A stretch of 64,000 bases of DNA from an uncultured Polynucleobacter sp. (GCA_964402975.1 CAYOEM010000001.1:365899-429898); one strand, 5' to 3'. Positions 28,247 through 37,471 are shown, numbered from the stretch's first letter. The notes: generated from the letters alone by a model not told the origin. Numbers and translations: made by a program.

Positions 28247-28636
28247 TCAGATCTCAGTAGCACCTTGATCGCAATGGTCGCCATGCACATGATGCACGTT
28301 GCCCTCTACAACATAATCGCTATGGTCAACATGCGGAATACTTGCATGACCACAATTTGCGCCATGTGTATGGCCGCTCTCAGCAGGAGCTTTAACATGG
28401 TCTTTTGCTGCTGCAACACGAACGCTATGCTCCACCACTTGACCAGAAGCTGTCGCGTTATGGAAGTGGCCGTCGTGAATATAGTCGACGTGACCACTAT
28501 GCTTGATCGATGCATGTCCGCAGTTTTCGCCATGCTTATGAGCCGCGTGTGATTTGTGCTCTACTTTAGCTCCGGCAAAAGCAGCTGAAGAACCAACGGC
28601 AAAAGCTAATACCAACGATAGATTAAAAAGCTTCAT
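28247..28636 (-). CDS. Secreted histidine-rich metal-binding protein with an internal duplication
   Basis: Signal peptide. Two copies of H-x-H-G-x-N-C-G-H-A-S-I-x-H-x-x-H-x-D-Y-[IV]-x-[DE]-G-x-x-H. About 27 His in 129 aa. Confidence 0.7.
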   Translation of the reverse strand: MKLFNLSLVLAFAVGSSAAFAGAKVEHKSHAAHKHGENCGHASIKHSGHVDYIHDGHFHNATASGQVVEHSVRVAAAKDHVKAPAESGHTHGANCGHASIPHVDHSDYVVEGNVHHVHGDHCDQGATEI

Positions 28637-28736
28637 AAAAACTCCATTTTAAATAAATTTTTAGTTGTTAAAAAACGATCGAGAACAGACGCCCTTCGAC
28701 AGCCATCGTCATGTGTATGACTGGCGCTTAAAAATC

Positions 28737-29108
28737 TCACGTGAGTATGCGTACAGATTCCGCAAACTGTATGTTTGCTGTAGATCGTAAACTCGAAGAA
28801 ATGTAGCCCTGCGGTGGTGCTAGAATGAATGGCGACTGGCTTATAACTCTTGCGGTCAAAAACTCATCTAACCAACAGTCGACCCGATCCTTGATCTTAT
28901 CATCATCGATTAGACGAGTTGGCTTAATTTGGATGAAGCAGTGCTCGTGATCGTTAGCGTCAGCAGCGCCAAAGGCGTGTGTAGAGTCGCCATCACAGTT
29001 TATATGCGCGTCACAGGCAATATGACTTGCTAAACCTGCGTGATGCCAAGAGAGTCCTAGCGCCAAAATGGCTAATACATCGCGCATTTTTTGTAACCAC
29101 TTGCCCAT
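28737..29108 (-). CDS. Small secreted Cys/His-containing protein, unknown function
   Basis: The ATG at 29108 gives MGKWLQKMRDVLAILALGLSWHHAGLASH (signal-like). Mature part contains CDAHINCDGDSTH and DHEHC. The longer track ORF (to 29276) would overlap maeB, so it is not favoured. Confidence 0.5.
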   Translation of the reverse strand: MGKWLQKMRDVLAILALGLSWHHAGLASHIACDAHINCDGDSTHAFGAADANDHEHCFIQIKPTRLIDDDKIKDRVDCWLDEFLTARVISQSPFILAPPQGYISSSLRSTANIQFAESVRILT

Positions 29109-29310
29109 GCTTCTAGGGTAGCACGGCCTACCGCGATTAACCAAAAAGGCTTTGTAGCTGGTTGACTTTGAGGCCTTAAGCTTCGTGCACAAATGACTAA
29201 AAAGACGCCCAAAATGGGTATTTTTATTTGAGCATGGGTAAATTGATCTTTTCCCTTCGGGTGTGTACCATCTCACTTCTAACTCCCTGTCTCTAAAGAG
29301 GTATCCGGCC

Positions 29311-31608
29311 GTGACTATTGATTACGAAAAACTTGCCCTCGAGTACCACGCGAGAGAACCTCGCGGAAAAATCTTTACTGGTCTCTCAAAGCCGGTCTCA
29401 AGCCAAAAAGATCTCTCCATAGCCTACTCTCCAGGGGTGGCAGGACCATGCCGTGAAATCGCCAAAAACAGCGCGCTATCATTTGAGTACACAGGCCGTG
29501 CAAATTTAGTCGGCGTGATCTCAAACGGCACGGCTGTTCTTGGACTAGGTGATATTGGCCCGGAGGCCGCAAAACCGGTCATGGAAGGCAAAGCGGTACT
29601 TTTTAAGAAATTTGCCGACATTGACGTGTTTGACATCGAAGTCGCTGCCAAGGATCCTGACCAGTTCATCAGCGCAGTCGCAGCTCTAGAACCGACGTTT
29701 GGCGGAATTAACCTTGAAGACATTAAAGCCCCTGAGTGCTTCTACATAGAAGAAGAGCTCAGAAAACGCATGAAAATTCCAGTTTTTCATGACGACCAAC
29801 ACGGCACCTCGATTATCGCAGGTGCGGCGTTTCTAAATGCCTTAGAGATCACAAATAGAAAAATTGAAAACGTCAAAGTCGTTTTCAGTGGTGGTGGTGC
29901 TGCGGCTGTGGCTTGTGCAAATTTATTCATTTCACTTGGCGTAAGACCAGCCAACCTGATCATGTGTGACAGCAAAGGCGTGATCTACAAAGGTCGCACC
30001 GAGGGGATGAACAAATATAAAGAAAAATTTGCCCTCGACACAAAAGTCAGAACTCTCGATGAGGCTCTAAAAGGTGCTGACGCGTTTGTGGGAGTCTCGG
30101 CTGCAGGCGTTTTAAAACCTGAAATGATCATGCCCATGGCTGACAATCCGATTATTTTTGCCCTGGCGAATCCTGATCCTGAGATCACACCAGCTGATGC
30201 TCGCAAAGCTAGACCTGACTGTATCGTGGCCACTGGGCGAAGTGACTATCCTAACCAGGTCAACAATGTCCTTGGCTTCCCATTTATTTTTAGAGGCGCC
30301 CTCGACGTCCAAGCCACGACTATCAATGAAGAGATGAAAATGGCTGCGGTTCGTGGCATTGCAAAGCTCGCCAAAGAAGACGTACCAGAACAAGTGTTGA
30401 GAGCATACAATACAGCCGAAGGCTACAAGTTTGGACGCGAATACTTGATTCCAAAACCAATGGATCCAAGGGTTCTACTGTACGTAGCGCCAGCCGTAGC
30501 CGAAGCGGCCATGAAGTCAGGCGTTGCTCGCAAAAATGTCGAAATTCCGCAGTACACGCAGCACATTGAGCGCATCCTTGGGCCAACGAAACGGTTAATT
30601 CGAAAAATGCGCAACAACATCGCCGGATGGAGTCGTAAATCTGGCAGCAAGCCAAGAATCGTGATGGTGCATGGCCATGACGACAGAGTCATCAAAGCTG
30701 CCGCCCAAATGGACTATGAAGGTGATGTAGCGACCATTATGCTTGGAGCTCCCAACGAGATCATCGCAAAAGCTGAATCCCTTGGTATTCACAACTTTGG
30801 AAGCAAAACGACGATCATTGATCCCCATCAAGATAGCCGGATCGGCGAATTCGCAGAGCTTCTCTACAAAATGCGACAGCGCAAAGGCGTCACCAAATCA
30901 GCGGCTCAGCAGATGCTTCGTGATAATAACTACTTTGCCTCTATGATGGTCAGAACCGGTGCTGCCGAGGGTATGATTGGCGGAGTGGTCGAGCCTTACG
31001 TCAACGGGTTGATCCCGATCATGGAGATCATTCGAACAAAACCTGGCCGCATTATGAATGGCCTTTACATGTTCTCATGGAACAAACGCATGTACTTCCT
31101 GGCCGACTGCACAGTCTGTATCGAACCAACCGCACAAGAGCTCGCCGATATAGCCATCAACACGGCAAATTTCGCCAAGCAATACACTGACGAGAAGGTC
31201 AGAGTTGCCATGTTGAGTTTCTCTAGCTTTGGAAGTAACCGTCACGAGAAAAGTCTGCGCGTAGCGAAGGCGGTAGAAATCCTCCACGACCGCGAAGTGG
31301 ACTTTGTATTTGACGGAGAAATTCAGGCGGACGTAGCTCTTAACGAAAAACTGCAAGAAAGGGACTTCCCGTTCTGCCAGCTTAAAGGTCAGGCCAATGT
31401 GCTCATATTCCCAGATCTCACGAGTGCCAATATCGCCTATAAGATCTTTGCAGCTATCTCCGGAAGCACTGGCATTGGGCCTGTGCTGCTTGGGCCACAG
31501 CATCCGGCCTCAGTCATGGAACGAGGCAGCAACACGGAAGACATCTGCAACATGATCTACATGGTCGCAAACCGTCACGTGCAAAATCAGTGGCCTGATA
31601 TGCGCTGA
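29311..31608 (+). CDS. maeB: NADP-dependent malic enzyme (malic enzyme domain fused to a phosphotransacetylase-like domain)
   Basis: N-terminal malic-enzyme motifs (LALEYHAREPRGKI, VISNGTAVLGLGDIG, FGGINLEDI) and a C-terminal PTA-like domain. Start is probably GTG at 29311 with an AAAGAGG RBS; the track gives ATG at 29263. Confidence 0.9.
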   Translation: MTIDYEKLALEYHAREPRGKIFTGLSKPVSSQKDLSIAYSPGVAGPCREIAKNSALSFEYTGRANLVGVISNGTAVLGLGDIGPEAAKPVMEGKAVLFKKFADIDVFDIEVAAKDPDQFISAVAALEPTFGGINLEDIKAPECFYIEEELRKRMKIPVFHDDQHGTSIIAGAAFLNALEITNRKIENVKVVFSGGGAAAVACANLFISLGVRPANLIMCDSKGVIYKGRTEGMNKYKEKFALDTKVRTLDEALKGADAFVGVSAAGVLKPEMIMPMADNPIIFALANPDPEITPADARKARPDCIVATGRSDYPNQVNNVLGFPFIFRGALDVQATTINEEMKMAAVRGIAKLAKEDVPEQVLRAYNTAEGYKFGREYLIPKPMDPRVLLYVAPAVAEAAMKSGVARKNVEIPQYTQHIERILGPTKRLIRKMRNNIAGWSRKSGSKPRIVMVHGHDDRVIKAAAQMDYEGDVATIMLGAPNEIIAKAESLGIHNFGSKTTIIDPHQDSRIGEFAELLYKMRQRKGVTKSAAQQMLRDNNYFASMMVRTGAAEGMIGGVVEPYVNGLIPIMEIIRTKPGRIMNGLYMFSWNKRMYFLADCTVCIEPTAQELADIAINTANFAKQYTDEKVRVAMLSFSSFGSNRHEKSLRVAKAVEILHDREVDFVFDGEIQADVALNEKLQERDFPFCQLKGQANVLIFPDLTSANIAYKIFAAISGSTGIGPVLLGPQHPASVMERGSNTEDICNMIYMVANRHVQNQWPDMR

Positions 31609-31629
31609 CTGATGAGTCGTTTCAAAAAT

Positions 31630-32910
31630 TCAGCGTGGGCGTTTGGACTTTTCAGCCGCCCGCATGAAAGCGTCACCCATGACGCTGGAGGTCGAGCTAG
31701 ATCGAAGCTCAACGCCGCGGTGTTCATCGGCATCAGCTTGAGCCTTCTCCAGTTGTTTTTTGCCCTCTTGCTCCACGTAGTCGGCTTCCAGAACTTTCAT
31801 GGATAAACTGATCCGTCTTTGGATGCGGTCAATCCCCATGATCTTCACCTTGGTCTTGGCTCCGACTTGAACGATTTCTCCGGGCGTATTGATCCGTTTT
31901 TTTGCACTCATTTCTGAAATGTGAATGAGGCCTTCAACGCCCGGCAAAATCTCTGCAAATGCTCCAAATTGCATAAGCTTTGTGACTGTGACATCAACGA
32001 TGGCGCCGTTTTCAAGTTTCTCAACTGTGACATCCCAAGGATCACCTTCCACTTGCTTCATGGAGGCCGATACCTTTGGTCGATCTCCGGTAGTATCAAT
32101 TTTTAGAATTTTAACAGTCACTTTCTGACCAACATCCACCACGGCATGTGCAGAAGCGGGACGGCTCCAGCTAAGCTCACTCATGGGCACTAGGGCATTA
32201 AGACCTCCGCCAATATCGACGAATGCTCCAAAGCTCTCGATTTTGACGACAGTGGCTAGCACGGTGTCTCCCACCTGAAGTTTGGCAAGAACTTTCTCGC
32301 GCTCAACGGCTTGCTCCTCACGAAGAAGTGCTGCGCGCGACAAGACCACATCACGTCCCGCCACTTTGATGACTTTAAATTTGAACGACTGACCAATAAA
32401 CGCCGCAGCTGGTTTACCACTGATGACATCAATTTGAGAGAATGGACAAAATGCTCGAGCACCAGGAAGCTCGACCGTGTAGCCACCTTTGTTCTCGCCT
32501 GTGACCTTACCCTCAACTGGCAGCCCCGAATTCATAGCGTCTCTGAGACTGTCTAGGCCAGCGTTACGTGCCGACACAGAGGTCGCTAGTTCAATGCCAT
32601 TACGCAGAGAACTAACGTAAAGCGAATAGGTCTCGCCCACTTTAAAACGCTCGAGCTCTTCTTTGGACATAGCCTCAGTGGGAAGAACACCCTCGCTGCG
32701 CTGCCCTACGTCACAAACGATGCTGCCGTCAATTATTCCGATGACTTTGGCCTCGACCTTGTCGCCTTGTTTTAACTGAGCAAAGCCCCTGGCCGCCTCA
32801 TGGGCAATCATATCCGCAAATTCATTAGCCTGATCTTGGGCCTCGTCTGAGTCCTCATCAACAAAGGGGTCATGGCCAAGCTGCTCAAGAAAGCGATGTT
32901 TTTTTGTCAT
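31630..32910 (-). CDS. S1 RNA-binding domain protein with four S1 repeats (RpsA-like)
   Basis: Four repeats of the S1 OB-fold pattern (G..V.G.V......G.FV........G..H.SE). Acidic N-terminus. Confidence 0.85.
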   Translation of the reverse strand: MTKKHRFLEQLGHDPFVDEDSDEAQDQANEFADMIAHEAARGFAQLKQGDKVEAKVIGIIDGSIVCDVGQRSEGVLPTEAMSKEELERFKVGETYSLYVSSLRNGIELATSVSARNAGLDSLRDAMNSGLPVEGKVTGENKGGYTVELPGARAFCPFSQIDVISGKPAAAFIGQSFKFKVIKVAGRDVVLSRAALLREEQAVEREKVLAKLQVGDTVLATVVKIESFGAFVDIGGGLNALVPMSELSWSRPASAHAVVDVGQKVTVKILKIDTTGDRPKVSASMKQVEGDPWDVTVEKLENGAIVDVTVTKLMQFGAFAEILPGVEGLIHISEMSAKKRINTPGEIVQVGAKTKVKIMGIDRIQRRISLSMKVLEADYVEQEGKKQLEKAQADADEHRGVELRSSSTSSVMGDAFMRAAEKSKRPR

Positions 32911-33005
32911 GATAAAAACCTTTTTTAAAAGACGACCCCACTCAATTAATGGGGCTTCAGACTATACCGACTGCCAGCCGCAAGTTCCAGTTAGGTTTTT
33001 GGATC

Positions 33006-33614
33006 TTAATAACGTTTTTGGGCAAAAAAAATGAATTCTTTGAGTATTTTTTGGTCACAAGCAGGCGACACGCGAGGCTCCAGATATAGAATCTCAAAGT
33101 GAGGCGTGAAAATTTCTCGCAAGTCGGCTTCGCTTACGGCAAACGGAGGACCTGATGCGGGATTACCAGTTTCAGCGAAGGGAATTGACGCAAAAACGCC
33201 GCCGGGTTTAAGACACGCCGTCATGGCTTTGACATAATTGACTCTTAGGTCACCGTTTAGGGCACAGAGCATGGCGCGGTCAAATATGCCGCTATAGGTC
33301 GCTTCTTCAGACTTTGAAACATCTGACACGTCACCGCAAACGAGCGTCAACCCACTCAGGGAACCATAAAGACTTCTGGCCTCAGCGATAGCCTTTGGCA
33401 CGAGATCTTTGGCCACGACTTGGTTGATGCCATGCCGAAGTAGTTCTTTGGCGTCGTGGGCCCGACCGCACCCAGGGATCAGCCACTTGCCTGCGCAAGA
33501 CCCGGGCGAATGACTTTCCGCAAGTTCCAAAAGTTCCGCAGTTAACGGATGGGGGCCACTTAAATCCCACGCCGTTTTGTTTTCCTGCCAGCGTTCGTGC
33601 CACGTGGTCGCCAT
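33006..33614 (-). CDS. Thiopurine S-methyltransferase (TPMT) family SAM-dependent methyltransferase
   Basis: N-terminal WHERWQENKTAWD signature, SAM motif LIPGCGRAHD and a length of 202 aa. Confidence 0.8.
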   Translation of the reverse strand: MATTWHERWQENKTAWDLSGPHPLTAELLELAESHSPGSCAGKWLIPGCGRAHDAKELLRHGINQVVAKDLVPKAIAEARSLYGSLSGLTLVCGDVSDVSKSEEATYSGIFDRAMLCALNGDLRVNYVKAMTACLKPGGVFASIPFAETGNPASGPPFAVSEADLREIFTPHFEILYLEPRVSPACDQKILKEFIFFAQKRY

Positions 33615-33711
33615 AATAGATACGTCTTTCCCCGGCTAAATTTTTAGTTATCCCCACAATATGCGAAAATAGGAGTCAACTAAACTAAAGATTTCGAACG
33701 AGGTCTCTGAA

Positions 33712-34083
33712 GTGAGTGGAACTTGGTGGGCATTTTTGGCAACGGGCGTGATCGCTGGGATAGCCTCTGGGCTTTTTGGAATCGGCGGCGGTCTTATCAT
33801 TATGCCGATTTTAGTTTTTGCTATTAGGATGGATCAGCACGCGGCCGTGGGAACGTCATTGATTGCCTTGCTTCTTCCAGTTGGGATCTTTGCTGTGTGG
33901 AATTTTTGGCAAGCCGGAAAAATCACCGCCGAGCATTTGCGCGGTGGACTTTGGATCGCGCTAGGTCTTGCCGTCGGCGCGTACTTTGGAAGTCACCTAG
34001 CCATCGCGATGAATCCCGTGATGCTACGTAGAGCATTTGGCGTGTTTCTACTGGTAGCAGCTGGGCGGATGCTAATTGGCTAA
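33712..34083 (+). CDS. Half-size TSUP (TauE/SafE) family membrane transporter
   Basis: 4 TM segments. The FGIGGGLIIMPIL ... AVGTS motif is typical of one TSUP repeat. GTG start. Only 123 aa. Confidence 0.7.
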   Translation: MSGTWWAFLATGVIAGIASGLFGIGGGLIIMPILVFAIRMDQHAAVGTSLIALLLPVGIFAVWNFWQAGKITAEHLRGGLWIALGLAVGAYFGSHLAIAMNPVMLRRAFGVFLLVAAGRMLIG

Positions 34084-34117
34084 AACGCAAAATTGAGAAG
34101 AGATGATTAAGAAGTGA

Positions 34118-34193
<76 letters not shown>

Positions 34194-34254
34194 ATTAAGG
34201 CCGAACCCGAGCTCTAAGCGATTGCGTTGTCGCCAGACGCCGGTCCGATAGGGG

Positions 34255-34282
34255 TTATTAATATTCCGCCCCTAATTGTCAA
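34255..34282 (-). promoter_or_regulatory. Candidate sigma70-type promoter for tRNA-Ala
   Basis: On the minus strand: TTGACA, a 16-nt spacer, then TAATAA, about 55-60 nt upstream of the mature tRNA 5' end. Confidence 0.3.
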
Positions 34283-34404
34283 TTCGAATTTTTCCTCGGC
34301 CGACGCCATGTTTTGACCAGCTTTCAAACGGAGCTGCTTGCAGTCCGGGGAAAGCCCAGTTATCCTAGGCGAATCAAAGGATTAAATAGAGGAGATGAGC
34401 TGCC

Positions 34405-35664
34405 ATGACCGCAACTAGACAACCCAACCCAAGCAAGGGGATTTGGACGACGGCCGTGATCGCAGGCATCATCGGTGCGAGCGCCTCTATTTATTCCATC
34501 AAGCACCACATGGAATTAAAGCTCAACGGTCACACCGAGGCGGCCTGTAACATCAATAGCCTGATTAGCTGCGACGCAGTGGCTGCCAGTAAGTACAGCG
34601 AACTTCTCGGAGCACCGCTGGGCGTCTGGGGACTTGGTTACTTTTTTGCGATGTCTATTCTTGCCCTCACGGTTCTGGTGGGTCACAAGTCTGCCAAGGA
34701 ACACGCGCCCAGCTGGATTTTGCTATCACTCGTGGGCCTTGTAAGCTCAATTGGTTTGGGTGTTATTAGCCTCGGTATTTTAAAAACTGTTTGCATCGTC
34801 TGTATTATTGTTTACGGGGCAAGTCTACTGCAGGGTGTAGTCGCCTGGATGGCTTGGAGAGCAAGTTTTGCCATCGACGAAACATCACCCATACGAATTT
34901 CAACGGAGCTCGCCGTTAAAGAAACAAGCCTCGACTTCTCAGTTAAAAATTTAGGATCAGGAATCCTCACTGCTGCGATTGCAGCGGCGGTAGCGTTTAT
35001 TGGCTTCAATTTTATTAAACCCACTGCACAACTTCCAAGTGAGCTGCAGGATCTTCCCGGTAAGCATGACGGACCTAGTGTTCCACCCGTCCTCTCAAAA
35101 ACCCCGCAGGACATCCCCATCAACAAGTCAGCCTACAGTGGCCTCGGGGAAGACTACCGAAAGGGTCCAGATGACGCGAAAATTGTGATTGTGGAATTTG
35201 CCGACTACATGTGTCCGGCCTGCGGTCAAACTGCGCCTGTGATTGAGGAACTTCACAGACAACTTGGGCAAAGAGCCCTAATCGTCTTCAAAAACTACCC
35301 GCTTTCTAATGTCTGTAATTCTTCCGTACAGGGTAACATGCACGCTTACTCCTGCGAGATTGCACAACTGGCAAGGTGTGCGGGCAGGTACGGCAAATTT
35401 TGGGATTACCACCTAAAAGCATTTGAAGAGCAGTCATCGGCTTCAAGCGAGAAAGCCAAAGAATGGGGAAAGAAAGTCGGCCTAACAGAAGCTCAGATGA
35501 ACGAGTGTCTATCAAGTCCGGATATTATGGCTAAAATCAAAGATGACGTGGAGGTCGGCAACAAGGCCGGCGTTAATGCAACTCCAACCATTTTCATCAA
35601 CGGCCGAAAATATCTTGGCGAGCGTACGGCCCCTCTCATTCGCGCAGCGGCCGAGTCATTGTGA
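34405..35664 (+). CDS. Vitamin K epoxide reductase (VKOR) domain fused to a DsbA-like thioredoxin domain
   Basis: N-terminal 5-TM region with the loop Cys pair CNINSLISC and the TM CxxC motif CIVC. C-terminal thioredoxin fold with ADYMCPACGQ. Confidence 0.85.
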   Translation: MTATRQPNPSKGIWTTAVIAGIIGASASIYSIKHHMELKLNGHTEAACNINSLISCDAVAASKYSELLGAPLGVWGLGYFFAMSILALTVLVGHKSAKEHAPSWILLSLVGLVSSIGLGVISLGILKTVCIVCIIVYGASLLQGVVAWMAWRASFAIDETSPIRISTELAVKETSLDFSVKNLGSGILTAAIAAAVAFIGFNFIKPTAQLPSELQDLPGKHDGPSVPPVLSKTPQDIPINKSAYSGLGEDYRKGPDDAKIVIVEFADYMCPACGQTAPVIEELHRQLGQRALIVFKNYPLSNVCNSSVQGNMHAYSCEIAQLARCAGRYGKFWDYHLKAFEEQSSASSEKAKEWGKKVGLTEAQMNECLSSPDIMAKIKDDVEVGNKAGVNATPTIFINGRKYLGERTAPLIRAAAESL

Positions 35665-35680
35665 GGCAAACAAGAGTCAG

Positions 35681-36454
35681 ATGAAACTGAGATTTGAGCA
35701 TGATTTTCAGCAAAAAATAATGCAGCAGCATTTTGAAGAGCCATTTACGCTCGACTCTGCTGCGGCCGTGCAAAAATGGCGCTCGGCATGGATGCAAGAA
35801 CTAAAATCTTGGCACTCTCCCTATAAGTTGATCGTTGACTGCACAAACCTTACATTATTGGACTCTGCTGAAACGGCTGATGCCATGTCGAGGATGCTTA
35901 GATTCTTTGAGGGTCTCTTTCTAAAATCGGTCGTAGGTTTTGGCTTTAACGCCAACCAGGGCCACGACAAACTTGGGTTTAAAGTCGTTCAATCATTTGA
36001 AGACGCCCAGCGCGAAGCAGGCGTTCGGGGCTTGAGATCTGCGACGGTGCCGGCCGACTTCCGAGACTCCATTCAATTTCAAAATCACTTTGCTCAACAC
36101 GTGATCGAAATGAGCTTCTCAGACGACGCCGTCATCGATTCAAAAGATAAAATTGCGGCCATCAAAAGTAAGCTAACGAATAACCTCATGCAGTGGCACA
36201 GTAAGTGGAGCCTTCTCATCGATTGTTCCCGGCTTAGTTTTAATCCCGAATTTAATGGCGAATGGACAAAGCTCGAGACCTACTTTCGAGGCTTTTTCAT
36301 GAAAGTGGTTGTGGGTTACAGTCCTCTGCCAGAGGCCCGCGAGAACTACCCTTTTAGGACCTTTAGAGCCCGCCATGCAGCTGTGGCCCAGCTTGAAAGT
36401 GAAGGGCATTTCATGGGCAATGACGCCCATTGCCGAACAAAATCGAAGGTTTAG
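35681..36454 (+). CDS. Hypothetical protein made of two tandem homologous ~125-aa modules
   Basis: ATG at 35681; the track ORF extends upstream into the VKOR gene. The two halves align: KSWHSPYKLIVDCTNL / MQWHSKWSLLIDCSRL and RFFEGLFLKSVVGFGF / TYFRGFFMKVVVGYSP. Confidence 0.6.
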   Translation: MKLRFEHDFQQKIMQQHFEEPFTLDSAAAVQKWRSAWMQELKSWHSPYKLIVDCTNLTLLDSAETADAMSRMLRFFEGLFLKSVVGFGFNANQGHDKLGFKVVQSFEDAQREAGVRGLRSATVPADFRDSIQFQNHFAQHVIEMSFSDDAVIDSKDKIAAIKSKLTNNLMQWHSKWSLLIDCSRLSFNPEFNGEWTKLETYFRGFFMKVVVGYSPLPEARENYPFRTFRARHAAVAQLESEGHFMGNDAHCRTKSKV

Positions 36455-36574
36455 GCAGAGCTCCGACGGCTTTTTGATTGCATACGTGACTGGTTTTCAT
36501 GTATTTATCAAACGTTCGAGAATTCTTCTGCCGGTCTGAAATGATCGACCGAAACGTTGCAAACGAGGTGACAT

Positions 36575-37141
36575 GTGCTTCCTGTTGAAATTCATCCTAT
36601 TCAAGACGCCATTGTTCTAAGAGCTCGCGGTAGCGAACTTCTGATCTTGTCGAGCCACGTTGCAGAATTAAAAAAACTCAAGGCAGCTGGCGATTTCTCG
36701 CGCTACTTCCTGCACGAAGCCCTCGTTAATCGACCTGCCCGAAAACTTTTCGAAGCGTGGCTTCGCAAAGACGGATCTCTTTGGGCTCGCATCTACAAAA
36801 CCGTCCAAACGATTGAGTCAAGTGGATCAAGCCCACAAGCGACCACCGAGAAGGCGGCTCCAGCTCCAACAAAAAGCGCTAAAGCTGCTGAAACGGCAAA
36901 AGAAGCACCCGCTAAAGCTGCGAAAAAGACCGTGAGCGAGGAAAAAGCCGCAGCAAAGCCTGCGACAAAGACCGCGACCAAAGCTGCTGACACAAAACCT
37001 GCCAAGAAGGAAAAATCGGCCGCTTCAAAATCAGAACCTGCAAAAGCGGCTCATAAGGCTGGAGCAAAGTCTGCTGCAAAAAAACCCGCTGCGAAAACCG
37101 CCGCTGCAAAGCCGGCTGCGAAGAAGTCTTCCAAGAAATAA
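36575..37141 (+). CDS. Protein with a histone H1/AlgP-like Lys/Ala/Pro-rich C-terminal tail
   Basis: GTG start with an ACGAGG RBS. About 90-aa globular N-terminus followed by ~100 aa of KAA/KPA repeats (AAKKPAAKTAAAKPAAKKSSKK). Confidence 0.65.
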   Translation: MLPVEIHPIQDAIVLRARGSELLILSSHVAELKKLKAAGDFSRYFLHEALVNRPARKLFEAWLRKDGSLWARIYKTVQTIESSGSSPQATTEKAAPAPTKSAKAAETAKEAPAKAAKKTVSEEKAAAKPATKTATKAADTKPAKKEKSAASKSEPAKAAHKAGAKSAAKKPAAKTAAAKPAAKKSSKK

Positions 37142-37192
37142 CTTTCGCGCCATCCAAACAACATCGTTTGCGATGCGGCTAGGCGGTCCATC

Positions 37193-37471
37193 TTGATTAG
37201 AAAATATCTGATTATTGGAAAGCAGATTCAGCTAAGCTCAACAAAGCACGTGGTCTCGGATGATCACGGAAACGTTCACCCAATCGAAATAAAACTACCG
37301 ATTGAAACCTACTGGAAGGCCGAGGAGATGCTGAAGCATGCCGAATATCAGTTATCCTCAGGCGAAGACCCACAAACGGTCAAAGAGTCGTACATTAAAG
37401 TTTTAAAATTACTCGCACCTCACTGCACGTCAGAAAAAGACCGTATTGCCGTCTTTGAGAAGATCTCCTGA
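37193..37471 (+). CDS. Hypothetical protein (92 aa)
   Basis: ORF with a TTG start and no motif. Ends immediately before gmhB. Confidence 0.35.
   Translation: MIRKYLIIGKQIQLSSTKHVVSDDHGNVHPIEIKLPIETYWKAEEMLKHAEYQLSSGEDPQTVKESYIKVLKLLAPHCTSEKDRIAVFEKIS

Noticed and set aside
28737-29276. Long form (179 aa) of the small Cys/His protein ORF, and the ATG-29263 start of maeB
   Set aside because: The long form has a non-signal-like basic N-terminus and would overlap the divergent maeB start. The internal ATG at 29108 gives a proper signal peptide. For maeB, the GTG at 29311 has a good RBS and matches usual MaeB N-termini.
35543-35680. Upstream extension of ORF 35543..36454 overlapping the 3' end of the VKOR-DsbA gene
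   Set aside because: A 120-nt out-of-frame overlap with a well-supported CDS is unlikely. The ATG at 35681, just after the VKOR stop, begins the first of the two homologous modules.
36793-37157. Two antisense ORFs (70 and 81 aa) opposite the Lys/Ala-rich tail
   Set aside because: They are a repetitive GC-rich codon artefact: the reverse complement of GCN/AAR repeats stays open.
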